DNA from: Mycobacterium leprae TN | GTDB lineage: Bacteria; Actinomycetota; Actinomycetes; Mycobacteriales; Mycobacteriaceae | Length of the DNA: 32,000 nt | Reading direction: 5' to 3' | NCBI RefSeq assembly: GCF_000195855.1 | Contig: NC_002677.1 | Coordinates: 900,001 to 932,000 of the forward strand | Shown here: one piece after another, positions 20,953-32,000 of the stretch | Numbering within the stretch: position 1 is the stretch's first letter | Layout of the letters: each line of letters begins with the position of its first letter | Program-made: the position numbers and the translations under genes | The notes under the pieces: model-generated | The model's input: the letters and a program-made list of their open reading frames with translations, nothing else | Databases searched by the model: none | What the model was told of the DNA's origin: nothing

Positions 20953-21642
20953 ATGTCAAGGTTAACCGTGGGTTTCGGTCAGGTTCTCAACTCCGCACCG
21001 GTTCCATCTGACGAACAGGTTGAACCGATGCCGAACGTCGAGATCGTGTTCAAGGGCCGCAATGTCGAGATCCCCGATCACTTCCGTATCCATGTCTCGC
21101 AGAGACTTGCCCGCTTGGAGCGGTTCGATCGGACCATCTACCTGTTTGACGTCGAACTAGATCATGAACGCAACCGTCGTCAACGTAAGTTCTGTCAACG
21201 CGTGGAAATCACCGCGCGGGGCCGAGGACCGGTAGTGCGTGGTGAGGCGTGCGCTGACAGCTTCTATGCAGCACTTGAGTCAGCGGTCGTCAAACTCGAG
21301 AGCCGGCTGCGTCGTGGCAAGGACCGACGCAAAGTACACTACGGTGACAAGACCCCTGTTTCAGTGGCGGAGGCGACCGCGGTCGCTGTGTCGCCAGAAA
21401 AGGCCTTCAACACCGAACCAGCTCCGGCGCACGATCACGGCGGTGCGGTCACAGACTATGAGCCGGGTCGGATCGTCCGTACCAAAGAACACCCGGCCAA
21501 GCCGATGTCAGTCGACGACGCACTCTATGAGATGGAGCTTGTCGGACACGATTTCTTTTTGTTCCTGGATAAGCAGAGTGAGCGGCCGTCAGTCGTTTAC
21601 CGGCGCCATGCTTATGACTATGGCTTGATTCGTCTGGCTTGA
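20953..21642 (+). CDS. hpf: Long-form ribosome hibernation promoting factor (HPF/RaiA family)
   Basis: N-terminal [46 protein letters not shown]..., C-terminal dimerisation domain [55 protein letters not shown]. Start could also be ATG at 21029. Confidence 0.92.
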   Translation: MSRLTVGFGQVLNSAPVPSDEQVEPMPNVEIVFKGRNVEIPDHFRIHVSQRLARLERFDRTIYLFDVELDHERNRRQRKFCQRVEITARGRGPVVRGEACADSFYAALESAVVKLESRLRRGKDRRKVHYGDKTPVSVAEATAVAVSPEKAFNTEPAPAHDHGGAVTDYEPGRIVRTKEHPAKPMSVDDALYEMELVGHDFFLFLDKQSERPSVVYRRHAYDYGLIRLA

Positions 21643-21721
21643 TCGGCGGCCAGCATCGTGTCGTCCCTTACGATGGGAATCGCCTTATCGAAGAAGACTC
21701 CAACTCACAGGGGACATAGCT

Positions 21722-24544
<2,823 letters not shown>

Positions 24545-24637
24545 CGGCACTTTTCGCCTCGAATATTGAGGTAGACCAATCGATCAACCGGGGGATGAAA
24601 CGCTCGCTGATGACCGCCTACGGTGCTATGGCGTGTC

Positions 24638-25311
24638 ATGTTCCTCGTAGTTTTCCTCTGTTCAGTTGGATTCGTGGTCGGCATCGTGGTGCCGTGCGAT
24701 GCCAATCACGGGATTGTCACGCCAATCAGCGCGGCGGTTGTAGTTAATATGGCTATGTTTTGGTGTGCTCGCGATCCAGCATAGCTTGATGGCACGGTAA
24801 GAGTGCAATATGGTGGTGGACGCGGTTTGTGTCGGCCCCGATCGAGAGCAGCACCTATTTGCTGCTGGCCAGCGCTACGTTGCTGTTGCTCTACTGGCAA
24901 TGGCGGGCCATGTCAACAGGGTCGTTCGGGGGGCCGGAAGCCAGCTGGGCGGTTGGCGCTGTGGGTGCTGTTTTGGCTCGGGTGGGCGATAGTGTTTCGC
25001 GTTGACTTTTATGATTAATCATCTTGACCTGTTCGAATCCTAGACAGGTATACTTGTCATGGTGCGGTAAAGCTTAATCTTGCCATTGGCTTTTGATCTC
25101 CATTGCTATACCAGCTTGCCGCGCTACCCGCTCCATAGTTCCAGCTCCCTCATTGTGTGCTGGGCGGCACCCACGATGAGGGTGGGTTACCTGCTATTCG
25201 CGAGCGTACATCTTAATCGTTACCCAACTGGAAGAGAACGACTTGGTGGGCGCTGTTGGGCAACCAAATACCGTGAGTCACCGGAGCGACGTGCCGATGC
25301 TGCTGCCTTGA
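24638..25311 (+). pseudogene. Integral-membrane NnrU/isoprenylcysteine-methyltransferase-like pseudogene (Rv3238c-like)
   Basis: MFLVVFLCSVGFVVGIVVPCDANHGIVTPISAAVVVNMAM.., [79 protein letters not shown] and SDVPMLLP occur in order but in three frames. Confidence 0.82.
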
Positions 25312-25680
25312 AGACACTAGCCACATCGGGGAGCTGTCAAAACGGTTTGGTCAGGACTAGCTCTCGAGAAACTTGGCGATCTTATCCAGGGTGGTGCGCA
25401 TGCTGTCCTCGGTGTGCATCGCCATCGGTCAATGTCGTACCCATCGAGAGCGGAACCGACGTCCGTGTAGTGTGGTTCGCAGAGTATGCGACCAGTCAAA
25501 ACTGGCGTGTTTGTCGGAGTCGGTCAGCAGCGCGACGCTACTATTGGGGTGGGTATCGAAGACGTGCTTGACGCGCACTCACTACAGTTCCGTTGACTCG
25601 CTAACGTTAGTTCCGCTGGGCTATAAGAGTATTGCCGTGGTCACTTCTTTCTCGGCGGCATTTCGTTAAGGATTGAGGCT

Positions 25681-26163
25681 ATGGACGTCAAGGAGGTGCT
25701 GTTGCCCGGGGTGGGCTTGCGGTACGAGTTCACCAGTCGCAAGGGTGATCGGATCGGGATCATCGCGCGGCGCAGCGGCGATTTCGATGTCGTCGTATAT
25801 GCTCGCGACGATCCGGACTGGGCTCAGCCGGTCTTCTGCCTCACTGACGACGAGGCCGAAGCTGTCGCTCAGATTCTGGGCGCACCCAGGATTGCCGAGC
25901 GGTTCACTGAGCTGGCTAGTGAAGTTCCCGGGCTCGAAACCAGGCAAGTTCGCATCGCACCGGAGAGCTTGTTCGTCGATCGTCCTCTGGGCGACACCCA
26001 CGCCCGTACTCGTACCGGCGCATCGATCGTCGCGATCGTGCGCGACGAGGACGTCGTGGTTTCGCCAGGCCCGGCTGAACCGCTGCGGGCACGAGATGTG
26101 TTGATCGTGATAGGTACCGAAGAAGGTATCGCCGGGGTCGAGCAGATCATCGACAAGGGCTGA
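25681..26163 (+). CDS. TrkA_C (RCK_C) domain potassium/proton antiporter regulatory subunit, KhtT-like (Rv3237c-like)
   Basis: MDVKEVLLPGVGLRYEFTSRKGDRIGIIARRSG..., C-terminal IVAIVRDEDVVVSPGPAEPLRARDVLIVIGTEEGIAGVEQII typical of RCK_C. Confidence 0.9.
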   Translation: MDVKEVLLPGVGLRYEFTSRKGDRIGIIARRSGDFDVVVYARDDPDWAQPVFCLTDDEAEAVAQILGAPRIAERFTELASEVPGLETRQVRIAPESLFVDRPLGDTHARTRTGASIVAIVRDEDVVVSPGPAEPLRARDVLIVIGTEEGIAGVEQIIDKG

Positions 26164-26167
26164 GGAG

Positions 26168-27325
26168 ATGGAAATTTCGGGGGCGCTGCTGTCCCAAGTC
26201 GGCGCCCTCTTGACCACACTTGCTGTGCTGGGCGCCGGCGCACGCCGGTACTCTTTGTCTCCGATACCGGTTTATCTAATGGCGGGGCTTTCACTCGGTA
26301 AGGGCGGCATCATGCCAGTGTCCGCCGCTGATGAATTCATCACTACGGGAGCGCCCATTGGCATTGTGTTGTTGCTGCTGACATTGGGTCTGGAGTTCTC
26401 TGCGACCGAGTTCGCCAGCAGTCTGCGGCGTCACCTGCCGTCAGCCGGTGTCGACATCATCCTCAACGCCACGCCCGGCGCAGTGGCCGGTTGGCTGCTG
26501 GGTTTGGACGGGGTCGCCGTGCTCGCGTTGGCCGGCGTCACGTACATTTCCTCATCCGGTGTCATTGCGCGCTTGCTGGCTGACTTACGTCGGCTCGGTA
26601 ACCGGGAAACGCCGGCGGTGCTGTCTGTGTTGGTGCTCGAAGACTTTGCGATGGCGGCCTACTTGCCACTATTCGCGGTACTTGCGGCGGGTGGCAGCTG
26701 GCTGGATGCCGTCGTTGGCATGATAGTCGCGGTCTGTGCGCTATTCGCGGCGTTTGCCGCGTCCTATCACTGGGGCCATCATGTCGGTCGGCTGGTGGCG
26801 CATCCCGATTCCGAGCAGTTGTTGCTGAGGGTCCTGGGGGTGACTCTGATCGTGGCGGCGGTGGCCGAGTCCTTGCACGCGTCGGCCGCCGTAGGCGCAT
26901 TCTTGGTCGGTTTGACCCTGACGGGGGATACCGCGGAACGCGCACGTAAGGTGCTCGGTCCTCTTCGTGATCTGTTCGCAGCGATTTTCTTCCTTGCTAT
27001 CGGCATATCGGTCGACCCGCACAAACTCCTGCCGATGTTTCCGACAGCCCTGATCCTGGCCACTGTCACCGCGGTGACCAAGGTGGCTACCGGAATTCTG
27101 GCCGCCCGGTACGACGGCGTGGCACGACGCGGGCAGTTGCGCGCTGGTACAGCGCTCGTCGCTCGGGGCGAGTTTTCGTTGATCATCATCGGATTGGTCG
27201 GCACGTCGACCCCCGCCGTGGCCGCGCTGGCCACAGCGTATGTCTTCATCATGGCAATCGCTGGCCCGGTGCTGGCTCGCTACACTCCTGGTTCGTTGCC
27301 GACCAGCTCTGGGTCGGCCAACTAG
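26168..27325 (+). CDS. CPA2-family cation/proton antiporter, KhtU/KefB-like (Rv3236c-like)
   Basis: 385-aa multi-TM ORF: LLLLTLGLEFSATEF, SSSGVIARLLADL.RLGNRETPAVLSVLVLEDFAMAAYLP, VGAFLVGLTLTGDTAERARKVLGPLRDLFAAIFFLAIG. 4 bp downstream of the KhtT-like gene. Confidence 0.92.
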   Translation: MEISGALLSQVGALLTTLAVLGAGARRYSLSPIPVYLMAGLSLGKGGIMPVSAADEFITTGAPIGIVLLLLTLGLEFSATEFASSLRRHLPSAGVDIILNATPGAVAGWLLGLDGVAVLALAGVTYISSSGVIARLLADLRRLGNRETPAVLSVLVLEDFAMAAYLPLFAVLAAGGSWLDAVVGMIVAVCALFAAFAASYHWGHHVGRLVAHPDSEQLLLRVLGVTLIVAAVAESLHASAAVGAFLVGLTLTGDTAERARKVLGPLRDLFAAIFFLAIGISVDPHKLLPMFPTALILATVTAVTKVATGILAARYDGVARRGQLRAGTALVARGEFSLIIIGLVGTSTPAVAALATAYVFIMAIAGPVLARYTPGSLPTSSGSAN

Positions 27326-27417
27326 GCAGCTGGTGGCGACTCGCTTCGCTCTGGCTGCGTCGCGCTCGCCACTACTAGAGCTGTTACCTGAGACCGTTCA
27401 ACCGATATGCAAGACAA

Positions 27418-27780
27418 CTACCAGCCAGCGGCTTCCGTTGCTGGCGGGTACCTGTTCCACGCGGCACGCAATAGCATGTATCTGGTCCTCGTCACGGTAT
27501 GTACGCGGAAAACTTCAGCGGCAGTGGTCCAGTTTGTGCCGCCCGACAGGTTGCAGACGCGTCCGGCGCAGCGCTGCGGCGCCCTTGGCGTTCGGGTGGT
27601 TGTCTGGGGTTTTTGTCTGTCGGGCTCGCCGAAGATGTACCGACTCTGAAGAGTCTGGGTGCCAGCAGCGCCCTTTAGCTGCGTCGTGGACCGGTGGCTG
27701 TCGATGGCTTCCAGCAGCGCTCGGTGTAGCGCAGCGTCTGTGAAGATAGCCGCCTTACGCATCGATTCCGACAACACCAT
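27418..27780 (-). pseudogene. Remnant of an Rv3235-like (DUF6459-type) Ala/Arg/Pro-rich protein
   Basis: AAIFTDAALHRALLEAIDSHRSTTQLKG resembles the AxFxxAxxRxxLExIDGRRPxxQLR pattern, on the strand expected from synteny. Short, probably frameshifted. Confidence 0.5.
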
Positions 27781-28183
27781 CGCGGTCGTTGTCTAGGGCC
27801 GCGCGCCACTTAGCTTACCTGGCTTACCTGCCACTTCGGTGTGGTGAACTCAAGGTGTGGTACGTCGCGGGCAATTATTGCCGACACTGGAGGATGTTTC
27901 GTGTCGGTGGTTCGTACCAACAACGGATATTACAGCGAAAGCTGTCACGGTGAGGTGGGTTTGTCAGGGGACCAATGACCAACAGTCACTCTCAACTAAC
28001 TGAGCGATTGGATAGGGGCCTGCTGGAGAGTAACAGATAATTTTTCAGTTGTCTTCTCCTGTTGGTCATCATCGCACGTCCGAGGCTGGCGTGTACTCGC
28101 GCTGTGATGTGTCTGGGCTGGCGATTACGGTGGGAGATATTGCTCAAATGCGCCGAATCGACAAGGAGGACAGGACCGTAATG

Positions 28184-29490
28184 ATGACTCGGTTTTCCCC
28201 GTTGGATGCGTTGTTTTATCGGCTGGAGAATACCGCCTACTGGATGTACGTCGGATCGCTGTGGATCTTGCGTAGTCCACGTGCGGGATTATGCTATTAG
28301 ACGCTACTGGCCACCGTCGAGCAGCGACTGCCTCAGATTCCGCGTTACCGGCAGAAGGTTCGCGGAGTCAATATGGGCCCCATGATCAGGCCCGTCTGGG
28401 GTCGACGATTGCGATTTCGACATCACCTATCACGTGGGGCGATCGGCGCTGCCATCGCCGGGTAGTTACGAGCAGCTGCATGAGCTGATTGCCTGGTTGG
28501 TTGCGCGGCCGCTGGATAAGATGCGGCCGATGTGGGAATTGTATCTTGTCGAGGGTCTGGATAAAAACCGCGTCGCCCTGTTACTGAATTTTAATGGGCG
28601 TTGATCAACGGCATGACTGCGCAGGAGATCGGCCATGTCATCGTTGATTGGCATAGTCGTCCACTATAGTTAGTTGAAGACATCTGGATACCTGGACGTG
28701 ACCCAGTTAACAATCGCTTAATTGTTGGGCACCATTGGTGACTGGTCGATTGACTCAGGCTCGCGAATGCAGGTTGTCGGGTCCGTGCGCGCCGGTCTGG
28801 CAACGAAATCTGGGTAATTCATCGATGTTGTTCTCTGGTTTTTCAATGTTGTTCGCATAATAGCCTACGGTACCGTATATCCAGTAGCCCGCTAAATGCC
28901 ACCGTTTCGCGCAATTGATGGTTCCGGTTCCACTGTCGCCAGTGGGGCGGGCTTGAGGACTACCGTACGGTACGAGCGCTGGCATCATTGTTCGTCTATG
29001 CCGATGATCAACTTGACTTTGACCGGGCCTGGCCAGGCATTCAGCTAGGTGACGCCGTTCCTAGTTGGCTTGCCGGTGGGGGGAGGGCAATGCGGTGGTG
29101 CGATTGTCGCAGATAGCGCACGCTACCGAGTCGAATCCGACGGCCGCCAGGCCTTGGTCGACGTCAGGACCATTGTCATGCTGTCGGGTTTTGCGCCGCC
29201 TAACCTTGCACGCCATGGTTATCCGGGTCGCCACTAGCTTTTCCGCGCGATTCGCGATTGTTTAATCTGTTGATCACCAATGCTCCCGGGGCCCAGTCGC
29301 AGATGTACATTGCCGGTACCAAGTTGGTAGAGACTTACGCGGTGCCGCCGCTGCATAATCAGGTGTTGGCTGATCAGTCTGACCTCATTATATTATAACG
29401 GCATGCCGTATTTCGGTATCAACGCCGACCGCGATGCTATGAGTGGTCTCGACCTGTTTGCCAGGATTGTTAAGCCAATCACTTGATGAG
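28184..29490 (+). pseudogene. Wax ester synthase/diacylglycerol acyltransferase pseudogene(s) (tgs3/Rv3234c plus Rv3233c-like)
   Basis: TRFSPLDALFYRLENTAYWMYVGSLWIL, TVEQRLPQIPRYRQKVRGVNMGPMIRPVW and ALINGMTAQEIGH; C-terminal TNAPGAQSQMYIAGTKLVETYAVPPLHNQVLADQSDLIIL and YFGINADRDAMSGLDLFARIV; multiple stops and frame changes between. Confidence 0.85.
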
Positions 29491-29553
29491 CTTATGGTAA
29501 GGTTCTCGGTAGTTACGGGTCAAAACTGCTGCGACGATATACGATCGATTGCT

Positions 29554-30253
29554 GTGAACACCGCGACAAACGATAGCGAGTCGGCGAAGAAGAAATCAAG
29601 TGAGCCAGCCAGTCGTATTATCTTTTACGTTGGCTACGAAGTCGAATTATTGCGGTTGCAAACGGAGTGTGTGAAGCTACAGTGGTGGTTATGTTGTTCC
29701 GGGTGTGTATCGCGCCATATTCGAGGGCTGACAAGGCCGGTGCGATCAAACAGATCACCGAATACTTCAGCCGCGTGTCGCCCAGGTTGCCGCGTTAGCC
29801 AGTGCCGAGTGATCGGGAACGCGGCCAGTAGGTATTATCAGTGCTGTATAGCCCATTTTCCTGCCAGGGTAAGTCGTGCTGTTCGATCGGTCGCAGTACA
29901 ACCGCACAACTGCGCTGACATCGAGAAAGTCATGGGATTCTGGTACCGTTTTCGGTCTCGACGACAGAACAGCTGCGCTGGTTTAAGGCACGATCGAAGA
30001 ACCCGTTGCAACAATGGAAAAACCCAGTTCAATGACTTTCGCGTCAGTGCGTTGGTGGAGCAATTTTGTTCACGCCAAAGACAAGATGATGGAGCGCGTC
30101 AATACTCCGGTTATCCTATGTGTACGGTGGAATCGTATATCAAAAATTAATTCGATTGACCATGATGTCACCCTTGCCGTCCACGATCCATTATTCGATG
30201 CGGAGAAGCCAAAGGTCAAACTGTTGGAACAGCTGATCGAGAGCACCGACTAA
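29554..30253 (+). pseudogene. ppk2: Polyphosphate kinase 2 family pseudogene
   Basis: VNTATNDSESAKKKSSEPASR..., VELLRLQTECVKLQWW, IFEG, DKAGAIKQITEYFSR, EKVMGF, EQLRWFKARSKNPLQQWK, PKVKLLEQLIESTD* across different frames. Confidence 0.88.
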
Positions 30254-30289
30254 GCGGTCGTTGCTTGAGTGTTGAGTGACTGGCGCTGT

Positions 30290-30800
30290 TTTGCAGGTCT
30301 ATATCCTGGCTACTCGTGGCTATGTTGTAGCAGTTTGTCGCTGACGGTTCGTTGTGGCTGTTCAAAGGAACCGCATTCGCGGTGACCTCGATGTGGCGTG
30401 AGGTTTACGCCGAGGGGGAGGACGATGACTTGCTGGAGGTGGCGTTGCGCGAGGCGGCGCTAGCATTACTGCACCTGTTGGCTGCCGCTACCCCCCCGAC
30501 GCAGAGACCACATCGGCGGGCGAGTCCGCCTTGCCGCTGCGGCGCGCCGTGCTGGTCGTCGGGGCCGACGATGTCACGCCGTTCAGATCTCGATGGCGCC
30601 GACCTAATTGTTCGGCGATGTGCAGGACCATGATCTGGCTTGATACGTCAAACAGGAGCTGCTATTCCTGCTCTAAACCCTCAAGGTGTGACGGAGTCCG
30701 GACCGTGGGGCCTAGGTATGATCGCGTACTTTACGGTCCCATAGATCTGGTGGGTGTGGAACCGGACCAGGCGTGGGTGGAAGCCAAGCCAGAAGCCTGA
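30290..30800 (+). pseudogene. Rv3231c-like conserved hypothetical pseudogene
   Basis: QVYILAT / AMLQQFVADGSLWLFKGTAFAVTSMWREVYAEGEDDDLLEVALREAALALLHLLAA, RRAVLVVGADDVT, then loss of frame. Confidence 0.75.
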
Positions 30801-30823
30801 TCGTGAGCAAGAATTTCCTGTGA

Positions 30824-31960
30824 GTGAAATTAATCACAACGGTCATGGCCAATATCGGAGACACTAAGCGTCTCCGCCGTGGTCGGAGCCAGTTGGCATG
30901 CGCTGTGCAAGATAGCCGCGTGCGTTACCACCCCGCTATTGCCCGACGACTACATTGCACCTGGCAAATCCGCTGTGGTCCGCGCGAGCTGCGGGGTCGC
31001 GTGTTGATGGTCCGTCGGAAGACAGAAGGCTCGGCGAACCCTGGTCATTAAGCCGAGCTGGGCTTCAGCTATCAGTCCGGCTAGTACATCGGTCGGGTTG
31101 TGTAGTGGATGGGCGCTGGCAGTTGTATTCGCTGACGTCTAGCTTGGCTGCGGTGTCTGGGGCCAGGTTGGGGCGGATGGTGACTATCACCGTGAAAGCG
31201 ATGTCGGATTACCTACCTGGTAGCCGGTGTCGAGTCGGGAACCATGGTCCGGTTGGTCGCGCCCCAGGTCAATTTCGTATTACCTGACTCGGCGCTGTCG
31301 TCGATTCTGTTCTTCACCGCCGGATCCGGCATCGCCCCGGTGATATTGTGATGCTGCGCACGTTGGCGTGCTGCAACCAAATTACGGACATCACGTATCT
31401 GCATTCGGTACCCACCGGATCCGACGTAATGTTCAGCGGAGAGTTGGCCTAGGCCGGCATCCGGCCACAACTGTTTATCGGCTGCGCGTGCGACACATCC
31501 GCACCGAAGGTCGACTCGACTTCGCCCGGCTCGGCGAAGAGGTGTGCCCGGATTGGTGTGAATGCTATACTTGGGTATACAGGACAGAAGGTTTGCTTAA
31601 ATAGGCAGGGACAGTCTGGTCGGCGGACGATATCAGCGACCGGCTGCACTTGGAGCGGTTCGCGGTGTCAAAGGCCGCGCCCGCCGGAGCCGGCGGTGTA
31701 GTCAATTTGCTCATAGTCGACTCAGCGTGGCGGTTGATGCCGGAACGTCGTTGATGGATACGGGCGAAGGCCGTTGGTGTTAAGATGCCATTCTGCTGCA
31801 GGATGGACATCTGTCAGTTGTGTGTGGTCGGGATTGGTCCCAGTCCACGTCTGTGACCTGAAAACGGGTACAAGAACACGAACAGAGAACCTCGATTCAG
31901 ACGTGGGTGTCGGTCGCATCTGGCGACTGTGTGCTCGACGTCTACAGGCTACTGAAGGGC
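30824..31960 (+). pseudogene. NADPH-dependent 2Fe-2S flavin oxidoreductase pseudogene (Rv3230c-like, fatty acyl desaturase electron donor)
   Basis: [108 protein letters not shown] (2Fe-2S loop) and CDLKTGTRTRTENLDSDVG. Interrupted by stops and frameshifts. Confidence 0.85.
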
Positions 31961-32000
31961 AACCAGTCTAATAGCGTATTACGCTACCGTAAGTCTGGAA

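Noticed and set aside
25666-26217. 183-aa minus-strand ORF opposite the KhtT-like gene
   Set aside because: Plus-strand gene has clear family motifs; the antisense ORF does not.
29443-30150. 235-aa ORF as a novel intact protein
   Set aside because: It contains the PPK2 N-terminus followed by frameshifted PPK2 sequence, so it is a pseudogene read-through.

Overview
Calls rest on reading the ORF track and sequence and on recalled actinobacterial protein families; no database search was run. Gene content, order and the intact/decayed mosaic match a Mycobacterium leprae chromosome segment syntenic (inverted) with the M. tuberculosis Rv3262-Rv3230c interval. Apparently intact genes: fbiB and fbiA (-), whiB2 (+), an Rv3259-like gene (-), an Rv3258c-like gene (+), manB/pmmA, an Rv3256c-like gene, manA, sahH, tmk, mtrA, mtrB, lpqB, a long-form hibernation factor, secA, and a KhtT/KhtU-like TrkA_C plus cation/proton antiporter pair. 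Between them lie decayed loci: a restriction-endonuclease-like fragment at the left edge; an FAD oxidoreductase, amino-acid permease, alkB, rubredoxin and TetR block; comF; an Rv3238c-like membrane methyltransferase; an Rv3235-like remnant; a WS/DGAT (tgs) acyltransferase; ppk2; an Rv3231c-like gene; and an Rv3230c-like 2Fe-2S oxidoreductase. I found no convincing new biological system. The best second-look items are specific inactivating lesions (14-bp tandem duplication, Walker A loss, a possibly chimeric rubredoxin), a predicted leaderless tmk start with a near-duplicate motif upstream of manB, and the left-edge nuclease-like fragment.
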